The notes beneath the pieces were generated by a model that made no database searches, had not been told where the DNA came from, and was given only the letters and a program-made list of their open reading frames with translations. A program made the position numbers and the translations under genes. DNA of 53,093 nt, filler included, from Malassezia furfur (taxonomy: Eukaryota): assembly GCA_052055015.1 (NCBI GenBank). It is 2 parts of 2 records of this genome, joined end to end, with 100 filler letters (N's around TTAATTAATTAA, not from the genome) between each part and the next. Parts side by side here need not be neighbours in the genome. Positions count along the whole stretch, not along the records: positions 1 to 26,519 come from JBQJIT010000124.1; 1 more part is not named here. One strand, given 5' to 3'. This document shows, one piece after another, positions 1 to 11,351 of the stretch (the stretch's first letter is position 1; each line of letters starts with the position of its first letter).

Positions 1-1167
1 CAGGCAGCACATCGGTCGTGACGTTCACGCCGAGCCCGCCCGCGACCTCGCCCGAGATGTCAAACACCCACTCGGACACGCTGCTCGCGTCGGGCAGGGA
101 GTTGTCGAGAGCGTCGCTCGGCAGTGTTTCGCGCGTGTCGTCGGACGCGTCGCGGCGCTCGCCCAGCAGCGCGCGCACGAGGTCCAGGCCGCCCGCATGC
201 TCGAGGAACGCCGTGTTGCGCAACGCATGCGCCGTCGCACGGTCCTCGGGGCGCTTGGCCAGGCACATCTCGACGAAGCGCGCAAATGCCACCGAGTGCT
301 TTCCGTCGCTGGTATCGACCTGCGGCGCATTCGCCTTGGGGATGAGAAATAGCGCGCGCATCGGGTGGTAAGACGAAAGCGGCGGGTGTCCATTGACGAG
401 CTCGAGCGCAGTGATGCCAAGCGACCAAATATCGGCGCGCGCGTCGTAGTGCGACTGCTTGATCACTTCGGGCGCCATCCAGTACGGCGTGCCCACGAGG
501 GTATTGCGCCGCGATCCGCGGTGCAGGAGCTGCGCTGCGACACCAAAGTCGGCTAAAGGTTAGCGTGCAACGTACCAAGCTTGACCTGCCCGCGATGCGA
601 CAGGAGCACATTGGCCGCCTTGATGTCGCGGTGGATGATGCCGTGGTCGTGCAAGTACTCCAGGCCCAGCACGAGCTCGCGGCAGATCACCGCGACCACG
701 GGCTCGGCGAGCGGCCCGACACGGCGCAGCAGCGCCAAGCACGAGCCGGCATCCATGAGCTCCATCACGACCCACAACGTGTACTGCTTCACAAAGCTGC
801 CATAGTAGCGTGTCACGCGCTCGCACGATGCACACTGGGCAAGGCTCGTAATTTCGCGCTGGATTTCAGAGAGGTCCTGCGCCTGCGTGGAATGTGCATC
901 GTCGTCCATGCACGACTCGAGGTGGATCTGTTTCACGGCGACGACCGTCGCGCTCGGGACGTGCATCGCTTCGTACACCTGCCCGAAACTCCCGCGGCCC
1001 AGGCGCCGCACGAGCGTGTACTGCTCCCACGGGCGCGGTGTGCCATGCGCCGGGAAGGGCACATGCGTATGCGTGCTTGTGTTTTCTGCTGCGTCCCACC
1101 GCGACGCGCTCTCGGTGCGCGAGCGACGACGCCGCGCCGCATCCCCCGCCTCCGGGTAGGCGGGCAT
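1..1167 (-). CDS. Ste20/GCK-family Ser/Thr protein kinase (3' end runs off the window)
   Basis: GRGSFG glycine loop, VAVK, HRDIKAANVLL. A 23-nt intron at 553-575 restores KLADFG, followed by RRNTLVGTPYWMAPEVI, the Ste20 signature. ATG at 1167 is the likely start. Confidence 0.9.
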
Positions 1168-1248
1168 GTGGAGAAGCCCAAGGGAGCAACACGGTGGTGG
1201 AGGTGTGCGAAGCAGGTCGTGTCGTATACTATACAAGGGGGAAAGGGC

Positions 1249-2682
1249 CTACTCGATCGTGACGCCCACCAGCTCGGTGGGCATCGTGGCGTCGCGTCTC
1301 GGCTCAGAGCCGCTCGTCCACTGCGCAATCCAACCGCGCACCGCGCTCCATACGCTGCGCGCCGGCGGCGCAGGCGTCTGCCGCCGCGCCGGCGCCGGCA
1401 CCGACACAGCAGCGTCCGAGTGCGTTGGCGGCGCGCCGTCGGGCACACCTGGTACATACGGCGGCGGGCTTTCGGCGGGGCGGCCGAGCGTATCGAGGCG
1501 GATGCCGTGGGCAGGCCCATGCTGCCACTCGCTGTGTCGGCTCGACGCGCCGACAGACGCTGCATACGACGGGACGCGTGGCAAAGGTGCGGGTGCACCA
1601 GGCACGTCGCCTGCGCGACTCGATCCCGGAATCGCGTTGGGCTCGTGTCGCGGCTCGTACCCCGTCTCGATCAGAATGCTGTCCTTGTCCTGGCCGTAGG
1701 CCGGCGGCGGCGCCAAAGTGCCGACCATCGGTGCAAGGCCCCAGCGCTTAACGTTGGCCTCGATCAGCACGAATCCGGCCTGGCCAAAGTTGACGTGCAC
1801 TTCGGCGGCGCCATCGGCGGCGACGGTCGGGAACACGTTGTGGCCGAGCATCCCAATGTATGCCTCCTCCATGCGCCGTCCGTTGCGTGTAAAGAAGACG
1901 GTGCCTGTGCGTGGGCGGTATCCAACGCCGACGACATCGCCCTGGACGTATGGGGGGCCGTAGGAGTGTGCGTTGAACGGGTGGTTGTAGCACTTAAACC
2001 CGTCCTCGGAAAAGTAGCCAACCGAGTGCTTGCACAGTCCGGGAAAGCGGAACGGCGGATACGGCTTGGTGGCCAGCCCGACGGCGATCGACGTCGATGC
2101 GGGCTTAGAGAACATCTTGGCCTCCCAGTAGTACACCTCGTTCATTTTGGGCACGGGCAGGTTCGTCTGCATCGTGCACGCCCCGCCCTCGCTCGGGGCC
2201 ATCCCCGGACTGTCGGCGAAGAACTGGATTTCGGTGCGCGCCGAGACGATCGCGCCGATATTGGACTCGTACGCGGCATCGAAGCTCCATGCACTCACGC
2301 CCTTTTCTTGGATGCCGAGGAACTGCTGCATGGTGATGTCGGTGTCGCGTGGCGACGCCGGTGGGTGCTGGATCGACCACTGCACGGCGCGCTCGTAGCC
2401 CATGCGCGTCGCGTGGTCGACGTGATCGACCCATCGCTGCTGCGCGGCGATGTGCGCGCCGCGCGACTCACGCTGCTCCTCGTACGCAATGTTCACGGGC
2501 CCGTCGCGATCGGCGAGCGCGATGCTGCCGCGCAGGCGGAACACGATGCAGAAAAGGAACGGCGTGAGCACCATGAGCACGAGCGCACATAGTAGTACAA
2601 GTAGCGGAAGCAGCAGCAGGAGCAAATCGGGCTCATCTGCCGCGCTGGGCGCAGGCGTGGCCATGGCGCTGGGCGGCGGCAT
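1249..2682 (-). CDS. Ssh4/Ear1-like SPRY-domain membrane protein (Rsp5 adaptor)
   Basis: N-terminal hydrophobic TM segment, SPRY motifs (YYWEAKM, VGLATKPYPPFRFPG, GDVVGVGY, VFFTRNG, VNFGQ), and PPAY/PPPY motifs in the tail. Start at 2682 or 2664. Confidence 0.85.
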   Translation of the reverse strand: MPPPSAMATPAPSAADEPDLLLLLLPLLVLLCALVLMVLTPFLFCIVFRLRGSIALADRDGPVNIAYEEQRESRGAHIAAQQRWVDHVDHATRMGYERAVQWSIQHPPASPRDTDITMQQFLGIQEKGVSAWSFDAAYESNIGAIVSARTEIQFFADSPGMAPSEGGACTMQTNLPVPKMNEVYYWEAKMFSKPASTSIAVGLATKPYPPFRFPGLCKHSVGYFSEDGFKCYNHPFNAHSYGPPYVQGDVVGVGYRPRTGTVFFTRNGRRMEEAYIGMLGHNVFPTVAADGAAEVHVNFGQAGFVLIEANVKRWGLAPMVGTLAPPPAYGQDKDSILIETGYEPRHEPNAIPGSSRAGDVPGAPAPLPRVPSYAASVGASSRHSEWQHGPAHGIRLDTLGRPAESPPPYVPGVPDGAPPTHSDAAVSVPAPARRQTPAPPARSVWSAVRGWIAQWTSGSEPRRDATMPTELVGVTIE

Positions 2683-2975
2683 CCATGCAGCTCCCACACA
2701 GCGAGGCGCCCCACGGCGTGTGGCAACCACCTCCACCGGGCCCGCGCACCGTTTCGGCCGTGGATGGCCGCGCGGCGTTCGTCGGCCGACAAAGCGCGCC
2801 GCCGCGCCGGCCCGCCCGCTCTTTCCGTACCACCGCCGAGTTTTGTCATCCTTAGCAAATTGGCCCCCCACGAACGCGTCGAGGTGTGTATTGAGGAACG
2901 CGTGCAACGCGCCGCGCCGCGTGGTGTGCAGGGGCGTGGTGCGCGGCATGTCTGGAACGGCACTAACTCGGCAGT

Positions 2976-4319
2976 ATGGACCAAACTTCGCCTACGCCAC
3001 CCCCTCCTTTGGCCGACGAGGCGCTCGGCGCCGTGATGCAGCTCGCCCAGGCCGCGTCGCGTCACGAGGGCGACATGAACGACTCGCGCGGCGGCGCGCA
3101 CGATGGCTCGCGCCAGGGCAAGACGCGCGGCCGTGACATGGGCGACTCGGGCCGGCCCAACAAGCAGGTCCGCATGGACAACGAGCACGGCCAGCCGGTC
3201 GACGCCCAGGCGCTCTCGTGGCCCACCGCGCCGCCGCCCGCGTATGGCGCCCCGCACGACCCGCACGCGGGCGCGAACCAGCCGTCGCCGTACGGCGCAC
3301 ACGGTCTGGACCAAAACGGCATGCACCTCGGCCACAGTGACTCGCCGTTTGACCCGGCGGCCCACGGTGTCGGAAACTACGGCGAGGGCGTCGTGGACGA
3401 GAACGCGCGCATGGCGCCGCCGCCGCCGCCGCCCGCCGAGAAGCAGATCACCTCGGAGTCCACCGGGCTCGTCGGTGCGCGCGGCAAGACGGGCATGACT
3501 CGCACGCTCAGCACGAGCCGCCGCGCGGAACAGAACCGCAACGCCCAGCGTGTGTTCCGCGAGCGCAAGAACAAGTACATTGCCGACCTCGAGGCGAAGG
3601 CGGCCTCGCTCGAGAACGCGCTGCTCGCTGCTGAGGAGCACCGGCGGCGCCTGAACGATGCGCTGGAGACCATCGAGATTCTCAAGCGCGACAACGACAC
3701 GCTGCGTGTTGCGCTGCGTGCGCTCGGTGGCCACCAGGCGGTGCCGAACGCGCCGGCACTCCCACTGGATCGCACGCCGTCGCACGCGCAGACGCTGCTG
3801 TCGTACGGTGCGCCGGGTGCGCCCGGCCGCGGCCACCAAGACCAGCACGACCCGCAGCACCCGCAGGGCGGCGCGCCGTGGCCGGCAGGCCTGCACGACA
3901 CGCCGGACGGCCAGGACCCGGCGACCGCCGCGGCGGTTGCGGCAGCTGCGTCTGGCAACGCACCGTACTGGCTTATTGAGGCCGTATCGAACGCGAACCA
4001 GCAGCACGGCTTCCCCGTGCCGAGCCACTTCCAGCCGGCGCTTGGCGACAACATGGGCGGCGCGCCACAGCCGCAGCCGCACAACCAAATGCACCGGGGT
4101 GCGCCGGCGCACGGCCAACGGCCCGAGGGCATCATCGACCCGTCGCTCGAGCAGAACCGGCTAGGCGGCCTCGAGGACGACGACCAGCGCCACGGCGCAC
4201 GGGAAGAGGGCAAAGGAAACGAGCAGATCGATTCGTCAGGCAACCCGGACAATCTCGCGTCGCTCAGTGCCGTGGCGGCGGCGGCGGCGGCGGCTTCGTC
4301 CCAGAAGCAGTCGTCTTAA
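2976..4319 (+). CDS. bZIP transcription factor with Yap-type basic region
   Basis: RRAEQNRNAQRVFRERKNKYIADLE followed by a heptad leucine repeat; low-complexity P/Q/G flanks; no cysteine-rich redox domain visible. Confidence 0.88.
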   Translation: MDQTSPTPPPPLADEALGAVMQLAQAASRHEGDMNDSRGGAHDGSRQGKTRGRDMGDSGRPNKQVRMDNEHGQPVDAQALSWPTAPPPAYGAPHDPHAGANQPSPYGAHGLDQNGMHLGHSDSPFDPAAHGVGNYGEGVVDENARMAPPPPPPAEKQITSESTGLVGARGKTGMTRTLSTSRRAEQNRNAQRVFRERKNKYIADLEAKAASLENALLAAEEHRRRLNDALETIEILKRDNDTLRVALRALGGHQAVPNAPALPLDRTPSHAQTLLSYGAPGAPGRGHQDQHDPQHPQGGAPWPAGLHDTPDGQDPATAAAVAAAASGNAPYWLIEAVSNANQQHGFPVPSHFQPALGDNMGGAPQPQPHNQMHRGAPAHGQRPEGIIDPSLEQNRLGGLEDDDQRHGAREEGKGNEQIDSSGNPDNLASLSAVAAAAAAASSQKQSS

Positions 4320-4366
4320 CATATATCCGGGCAAGGCATAGTGGTATCTCTAGTTGTGTTGTTGTT

Positions 4367-5366
4367 CTACGATGCGAGTGTCTCTTGCAACCAGGCAGCG
4401 AACAGCTGCGCAACGTGCTGCTCCGGCGCCGCATGCGTCAGGCCCAGGTCCTGGAACTCAGACTTGCTCGCATACACCCGCACAAACTGTCGGCGCAGCG
4501 TCTGGAGCCGGGCCGGCGTCGGAAACGCGCGGCCGGCCGGCAGCGTGAGCGAGACGGGAGCCAGGCCCGCGACCGCCAGCTGCATCGTGCCCTGCGGCGC
4601 GTTCGCACGCTGCTCCTGCAGTGCGGCCACGACGCGCTGCGTCACGCCATCCAGCAGCTCGAGGCTGTTGTTCGACGTTGCATGTCGCTGCGCCGTGACC
4701 GCCTTGGGCGCTTGGACCTCGGCCTGAGTCACAGCATGCCACAGGTCGTCGAGTGGTGTTGGCGACACATCGATGCCCGCGACGCCCTGCGTGGCCGTCA
4801 CGACAAACAGCGGGCGGTGCCAGCGCGAGGCCGGTGTCGGCTCTTCGAAGCGTGCGATCAGCTCGTCGAGGCTGCGTCAGTGCATCCGACATACCCCGTC
4901 GGTGTGTACGCATCAGCGGCGCCTGAGGCAATTCGCTCAGCATTCCATGTACGGCACAGCTCCGGCTGACACGCCGTGTATACCTGGCGTCAGAGCCCTC
5001 CCACGTACTGTCGCACACCGGATACCCAACTCGCGCGCAGCACACCATAGCTCGTAGCGATACCCCTTGATGTTGAGCCCCGCACCGCCATCCGCAAGTA
5101 CAATTGACTTGTGATCGAGTGCACGCCGCACGGCACTGAGATATGCGGCACGCGCACTCTTTTCGGTGCGTTGCGCTGCATAAGCCTCGTGAGGGGTACG
5201 TACAGTCAAACACCTGCTTCTCAGTATGCACGTCGTCGTCGCTCACGCGCACCACGCGTCCGAGGCTTGGCGACTCGGCGAGACGCGCCTGGAACGCGCG
5301 CTGTATCTCAGTTGAACGCGTTGTTCGGCCAGAACACGGCAGGCCTGTGACGATCACCAGCGCCAT
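4367..5366 (-). CDS. KTI12: Kti12 Elongator-associated P-loop protein
   Basis: MALVIVTGLPCSGRTT P-loop, NIKGYRYELWCAARE, RFEEP, LQTLRRQFV. Introns 5176-5203 (28 nt), 4984-5008 (25 nt) and 4872-4894 (23 nt) join the frames. Confidence 0.9.
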
Positions 5367-5438
5367 CGTGCACGTCGCAGGCAAGATGCCGCACCGTGCA
5401 GCAACCTCCACACCTTTTCTTCGCACGAAATTTTGAGC

Positions 5439-6644
5439 ATGCTGCGCATCGCCGGCGTGTCGCTACGCGCGGTGCCAGGATGGGGACGCTCGCGCCATCC
5501 TGTGCGCCTCTACACGTCGGATGCAAACGAAAAACCGCAGAGTAACCCGTGGGACGAGCTATTTGCCAGTCCCGACGTAGGCGAAACGCCTGACATCACG
5601 CCGCAGGAAGCGCCGCCCATGCTCCGCTCCGTGTTGCACGCGCGCGAGCGCCAAGATCTCGGGCGGAGACCGCGCTCACGTAAAGAATACGATATTTCAC
5701 TCCTAACGCAGGCAGAGTCACACCAGTTCCGGCGCATCTTCCAGCTCCTTGAGGACGAACTGGGCGATGAGGGGAAGAAGGCTACGCCATACGCTGATGA
5801 CGGGCTCGAACTGTTTGCAGCGCGCAATGCGCTAGCGCCGCGTAAAATGACTACACGCGGCGGTGGTGTTGGTGCGCGTTTCCAGATTGTCCAAGAAGGT
5901 GCCGCAGCGTCGGTTGAGCCCGAGGTGTTGGAGCGCGGTGTGGACGCCATTTGGGAAGCGCTCCAGGCACAGCCAGATGCGACCGCAGCATGGGCCTGGG
6001 CTGAGCTCGAGGTGTGGGGCACGCGTGGACAGGAGCCACAGTACGGCCCCCACTCACCGTTCTTTGCACCGGCGCTGCACATGCTCCTTCTCACGCTCCG
6101 CGACCGACTGCATACGCCACACGCGGCGCTGGCCGTCTTGCCGACCACACGCGCGCTTGGGCCAACTGCCTACGTACTGGGATGCACAGCGGCACTCTAT
6201 GCCGAGGTGATCCGCACGCAGTGGCTGTGCCTGCATGACCTCTATGCCGTACTCGCAACAGTGCGCGAGGCGCGCAAGGCCGGTATCCTGCTCGACCTTC
6301 TTGACATGGATACGTCGCTTGCGGCGCGGTCGAAGCGCGAAGATGCGCCGCTGCGTGAGCACATTGACCGAATCCGCAATGAGGCGCGCGGCGAGGTGAT
6401 GCAGCGTGCCGACGGCGGTTCGAATGTGTACGAGCGACTTTCCGATGCCGATCGTGACGTGCTGCGCGTCGTCGACGAGCTTCGGCAGATTGCTGGACAC
6501 ACTTCGCGGTACGGCGCACGCCCCGCAACTCCGCGCACGCCGCGCACGCCGCGCGAGCCCAAGCGCCGCCCGCGGCAGCCGCGCGAGCCCAAGTTTACGC
6601 CCAAAATCATCCCAATGGATATCAAGGCATTGCTGCGCTCGTAA
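5439..6644 (+). CDS. Mtf2-like mitochondrial protein
   Basis: Arg-rich presequence-like N-terminus (MLRIAGVSLRAV); GPTAYVLGCTAALYAEVIRTQW resembles the Mtf2 C-terminal domain. Confidence 0.6.
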   Translation: MLRIAGVSLRAVPGWGRSRHPVRLYTSDANEKPQSNPWDELFASPDVGETPDITPQEAPPMLRSVLHARERQDLGRRPRSRKEYDISLLTQAESHQFRRIFQLLEDELGDEGKKATPYADDGLELFAARNALAPRKMTTRGGGVGARFQIVQEGAAASVEPEVLERGVDAIWEALQAQPDATAAWAWAELEVWGTRGQEPQYGPHSPFFAPALHMLLLTLRDRLHTPHAALAVLPTTRALGPTAYVLGCTAALYAEVIRTQWLCLHDLYAVLATVREARKAGILLDLLDMDTSLAARSKREDAPLREHIDRIRNEARGEVMQRADGGSNVYERLSDADRDVLRVVDELRQIAGHTSRYGARPATPRTPRTPREPKRRPRQPREPKFTPKIIPMDIKALLRS

Positions 6645-6645
6645 T

Positions 6646-9297
6646 CTACACGACTGTATACCTCCCACCCGTCGGTGCGCCGCCAATTTCCATGGATTGC
6701 TGCGCGCCCTCGATGAGCAGGCGCTTGATCTCGCGCACGGCGTCCTCGATGCGGTACTGCTCGTTGGACTCGATGAGCAGCGAGAGTTTGGGCGGATCGC
6801 CCGGCTTGGGCTCCTTCCCGCGGTCGTAGAACGCGCCCTTGCTGGTGATTGACGCACCCGTGGACTGGATGAGCATCGCCATGGTCTCCTTGTTGGTGAC
6901 GTTCCAGCGCGCACGCTGCGGGAAGTCGTTGATGGGCACCACCGCGTGGAAGTGCGTCGCGTCGGGGTCGCGCGCGCGCCGTGCACGCTCCATCGCGTCG
7001 TTCAGCGCGGCCTGTTGCCCCTCGCGTCGCGCGTTCGCCTCGGCATTGATGCGCGAAATCATCTCGCGCAGCTGCGCCGTGTTGGCACCGCCTGCACGCG
7101 CGGCGGCAATGCGTGCCATGTTCGCCTGGTTCTCGTCGCTGAAGTCGTACGAAAGCGGCACTTTGTTTTCGCGCACGGCCTCGGGCACCGCACCGGAGCG
7201 CACCTCGACGTCCAAGTCCATCGCACCGCCGCCCGCCTGGCTCGAGCGCGCGGCTAGCTCCGACATGCTCTGCGTACGGTCGTTGTAGGCCGACGCCTGG
7301 ATGCGCAGCACTTCTTTGCGCTCCGTGTCGAGGCGCGACAGCCCGCGTCCGCCAAACCCTGAGCGGCTACGCTGCGACATACCCCGCGCGACATTCGCCT
7401 TGTGCTGGATTACAAGCTCCTCGAGCTCAGGGGGAATGTCCACGTGGCTGTTTTTGAGCGCGGTCCGAATGTCTTTGGCGTAGCGGTCCTGCTCGGGTGT
7501 GATGAAGGTGATGCACGTCCCCCGGTTGCCTGCACGCCCAGTGCGGCCGGCACGGTGTACATAGTCTTCGAGGTGGCTCGGCACGTCATAGTTTACCACG
7601 AGTTTGAGCTGCTTCACGTCCAGGCCGCGTGCCGCGACTGACGTCGCGGTGAGGATCGGCACAATCCCCGCCTTGAAGTCGGAGATGATCGTGTCGCGAT
7701 CGACTTGGTCCTTGCCGCCGTGCAGCGACATGGTGGGGTATCCGCGGCGCAGCAAGTCGCGCATCAGCTCATCTGCCGCATCCTGCCGCTCCACAAAAAT
7801 GAGCGTGCGAGCATCCTCATCGGCATTGTACATCTGGCCCAGGACCTCGAGTAGCCGCCGGAACTTGGTATCCTGCGGGCGTACTTCAACCACCTGCGTG
7901 ATCTCGGGCGCGACGACGCTCTTTCCGCCGATTGTGATCTCAAGCGGGGCATGCTGGAGCATCTTGCGCGCCAACCCCTCGATTTGCTTGGGGAACGTCG
8001 CAGAAAAAAGCACTGCCTGACGGTCAGGGCGCACGTTCTCGATGATCTTCATCACCTGCGGCTCAAATCCAAGGTCCAGCATGCGGTCGGCCTCGTCGAG
8101 AACAAGGTAGGTGACGCGGCTAACGTTGGTTACCCGACCGCTGTTGGCACTGAGCAGGTCGATCATGCGCCCCGGCGTCGCAATCACTACCTCGGGCGAG
8201 CGCTTCATCTCGGCAATGTGCTCTGAGATCGGCGGGCCACCGTACACACACGTGCCACGGAGCCCAATCGCCTGCAGAAAGGGCTTGGCGTCGCGGAAGA
8301 TTTGCAGCGCCAGCTCGCGCGTCGGGGTCAAGATGAGCGCAATGGGCCCCTCACCGGGGCGCAGCGACCGCTGGTCCTTGACATGCCGGAACATGGGCAG
8401 TAGAAAAGCAATCGTTTTGCCAGAGCCTGTCTTAGCGATGCCGACCAGGTCGTGCCCGCTCATAATCGCCGGTATCGCCTGGCTCTGAATGGGGGTGGGC
8501 GACGCAAACCCGAGCTCTTTGATCACGTCTGCACAACTCACCGGCAGTCCACAATGCGACCACTTGGTGATCGGCTTGGGGCAGTCGACTCCGCGCACCG
8601 AGATGGCGTCCATTTCGTAGCGTACCTGATTCGCTTCCTCGTCCGACATTTTCGCGACCTCCTCCGGCTCATGATAGAACGACTTGCGGAACGGCTCGTA
8701 GTCCATTTTGGAGTGGTCCACGCGGGGGATAAAGTGCTGCTTCGGACGCTTGTTGGCGACGGCGAGGAGTGCGTCGGCATTGAAGTCTTCCCTGTCGTCG
8801 TCGTCGTTACGACGATCGTGGGCCACTGGCCCCTCCTCCTCGTCATCCGAGACCAGCTCACGCACCTCTTTCGATGGCTCGTCCTGCTCGACACGGTGCA
8901 CTTCAGTCTGGACCGACGACATGTATGCATCGAGCGGGTCGACGTCGTCGGTCGCGGCATCGTTGGGCGCCGTGTCGCGGCTCGTCGAGGCCACAGGGAA
9001 GCCCATGGATACGCGCGACTTAGGCTTCGCATCCTCCTCATCCTCATCCCAGCTGGAAAATACGCGCGCAGGCAACTTGGGCGCAGTGCGCGCGGCGGGC
9101 GTACGGAGTCCCAGCTTGGGCGCCTCAGGCGCCGGCGCGCGCGCCTTTTTGGGGGGCGCACCGCCTTCAGCCTCTGCCGCGCGCTTCTTTGCCTCCTGCT
9201 GCTTGCGCCATTCCTCTAGGCGCTGCTTTCGCGCACGCCGTTTTTCTTCTGCATCGGTTAGCGTACGCGCGGCTTCGGGCCCCACGTTGCCTTCCAT
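6646..9297 (-). CDS. PRP5: Pre-mRNA splicing DEAD-box helicase Prp5
   Basis: DPLD motif, Q motif (PTPIQSQA), AKTGSGKT, PTRELA, DEAD, SAT, HRAGRTGR, and C-terminal KH-like region INDFPQRARW. Start taken as MEGNVGP at 9297. Confidence 0.93.
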   Translation of the reverse strand: MEGNVGPEAARTLTDAEEKRRARKQRLEEWRKQQEAKKRAAEAEGGAPPKKARAPAPEAPKLGLRTPAARTAPKLPARVFSSWDEDEEDAKPKSRVSMGFPVASTSRDTAPNDAATDDVDPLDAYMSSVQTEVHRVEQDEPSKEVRELVSDDEEEGPVAHDRRNDDDDREDFNADALLAVANKRPKQHFIPRVDHSKMDYEPFRKSFYHEPEEVAKMSDEEANQVRYEMDAISVRGVDCPKPITKWSHCGLPVSCADVIKELGFASPTPIQSQAIPAIMSGHDLVGIAKTGSGKTIAFLLPMFRHVKDQRSLRPGEGPIALILTPTRELALQIFRDAKPFLQAIGLRGTCVYGGPPISEHIAEMKRSPEVVIATPGRMIDLLSANSGRVTNVSRVTYLVLDEADRMLDLGFEPQVMKIIENVRPDRQAVLFSATFPKQIEGLARKMLQHAPLEITIGGKSVVAPEITQVVEVRPQDTKFRRLLEVLGQMYNADEDARTLIFVERQDAADELMRDLLRRGYPTMSLHGGKDQVDRDTIISDFKAGIVPILTATSVAARGLDVKQLKLVVNYDVPSHLEDYVHRAGRTGRAGNRGTCITFITPEQDRYAKDIRTALKNSHVDIPPELEELVIQHKANVARGMSQRSRSGFGGRGLSRLDTERKEVLRIQASAYNDRTQSMSELAARSSQAGGGAMDLDVEVRSGAVPEAVRENKVPLSYDFSDENQANMARIAAARAGGANTAQLREMISRINAEANARREGQQAALNDAMERARRARDPDATHFHAVVPINDFPQRARWNVTNKETMAMLIQSTGASITSKGAFYDRGKEPKPGDPPKLSLLIESNEQYRIEDAVREIKRLLIEGAQQSMEIGGAPTGGRYTVV

Positions 9298-9366
9298 CCT
9301 CCGGGCGCGACCAGTGTGCGTGTGGAGCGACGAAAACACGCAATCGGGGGATCGGGTCTTTTGACG

Positions 9367-11333
9367 ATGGCCGAGGAGGACGGCGTGGCCGGTGGCTTTG
9401 GCACAGACGATTTTATCGCGTTCGACCTTGGCGAGGGCAGCGATGCAGAGCAGCCGGAAGAGCGCGAGCGCACCGTAAAGACGGTGGATGATGCAGTGCG
9501 TGAGCACGCGTCCGCGCGCAGCACCCCGTGGGCGACGCAGGTCGAGTGGCATCGCTACCGCAACGTCGCGGAAATGTACGTGAGACGCTGACGCAGGCTC
9601 AATGCCGAGGTGCGCACGTATGCGCAGTGGATATGTCCGACGCAAGAGGAGCATGCGTGTCGTATGATGGTCATCGAGTTGCTTCAGCGCGCGCTGTGTT
9701 CGGAATGGCCCGACGCCGAAGTGCGCTCGTTTGGCAGCCAGGACACGCAGCTGTACCTGCCGCAAGGGTACGTCGACTGTGATGGCTAATCCGCAGGGAT
9801 ATCGACCTCGTTGTACTGTCCAAGTCGATGGACCAGCGTCCGCGCGAAGCGACGTTGCGCAGCATCGCTGGCTGCCTACGTGCACATCGGCTTGCGGAGC
9901 AGATCCAGGTGATTGCGCGCGCCAAGGTGCCCATCATCAAGTTTGTGTGTCCCTACGGCCACTTTAACGTGGACATCTCGATCAACCAGGCCAACGGTTT
10001 GCAGGCCGCGCGTCTGGTCAACCGGTGGCTCGCTAAGCTCCCAGGGCTGCGACCGCTGGTGATGGTCGTCAAGCAACTGCTTCAGCAGCGTGCGCTCTCT
10101 GAAGTGTTCACGGGCGGGATCGGAAGCTACAGTGTGACGCTTCTCGTGCTCTCCTTTCTCCAGCTCCACCCCAAGCTGCAGCGCGAGGAAATCGCCGCGG
10201 AGCGCAATTTGGGAACACTGCTTCTCGAGTTCCTCGAGCTGTACGGCAAAAACTTTGGCTACGACGAGTGTGGAATCACCGTGCGTGGGCTCGGTGGTTA
10301 CTTTAGCAAACGTAAGCGCGGGTGGTTCGACGCGCGCAAACCGTTTATGCTGTGCATCGAAGACCCGCACGACGTCGGCAACGACGTCGCGAAAGGCTCG
10401 TTTGCCATCATCAGCGTCCGCTCGGCACTCGGTGGCGCCTTTGACATTCTGCAGGCGGCGCTGTGTGAGCGCGCAAATGATTTGCAATCCTTCCGGGCGC
10501 GACAGCGCGCCCTGCACGACGCGCAACAGCAGAACAAGCACACACACTTTGGTGATGCCGGCGACTCACGCCTGCATATCGCAAGCCAGAACAAGGAGCC
10601 CGAGAGTCTACTTGGCACGGTGCTTGGCGTGTCGCGCGAGATGATCAAGCGTCGGACCGAAATCAAAGAGTTGTACGAGTCGAACACGCTGCAAGAACGG
10701 CTCGCCGAGTACCCACCCGTCCAGCGCCCGAACGACGGTGAGATGCCGAGCGCCGCAGCCGAGTCCAGCGATGACGAGGCGGCGGCCAAGCGAGCCAAGG
10801 CCGAGCGTAAAGCCGAGCGCAAGGCCGAGCGTCGGGCACAGCGCAAAGAGCAAAAAGCGCTGCTGCGCGACCGGCGCGCCCAGGCCGACACGGCGGAGGC
10901 TGCACGCCAGGCGGAGCAGGAAGCCGAGGTGCGGCCGACCGACGAGGATTCGATTACCATCCATACTGCCGAGGAGCCCGTGCGCCGCAAGGCGAAACGG
11001 GGCGACGCCTCATCCGACGAAGACTCCAAGTACGCTGCATCCGCGCCGCCCGCTCGCAAACGCGCGCGCGACATGTATACGGCGCCGCCTGCCGCGGCCT
11101 CGGACGACTCGGATGCGGATTTAATCGCAAGCGATGCGCCGTTCGTTACCGAATCGAGCGACAGCGACGTGGCTGAGGCCCAGTCCGCCCCAGCGGCGCG
11201 CGCCCAAGGTGTGTCGATTGCAGGGCGCGCCAAGCGCGAACGAAACTCGACGCTGAGCAAAAAAGACCGCATGGCATTCTGGCACGCCAAGAGCGGGGCA
11301 GACGCCCCCAACGGCACGCCGAGCAGTCCCTAG
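9367..11333 (+). CDS. TRF4: Non-canonical poly(A) polymerase Trf4/Cid14 (TRAMP)
   Basis: After introns 9576-9596 (21 nt) and 9768-9796 (29 nt): FGSQDTQLYLPQGDIDL nucleotidyltransferase motif, ARAKVPIIKF, EVFTGGIGSYS, and PAP-associated IEDP. Confidence 0.9.
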
Positions 11334-11351
11334 TATGATACCCGTCCATGG

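Noticed and set aside
2683..2949. Upstream extension of the SPRY ORF
   Set aside because: It spans the divergent promoter up to 27 nt from the bZIP ATG and would displace the N-terminal TM segment.
9298..9885. 196-aa upstream extension of the PRP5 ORF
   Set aside because: It overlaps the TRF4 5' exons on the other strand and has no Prp5-like features.
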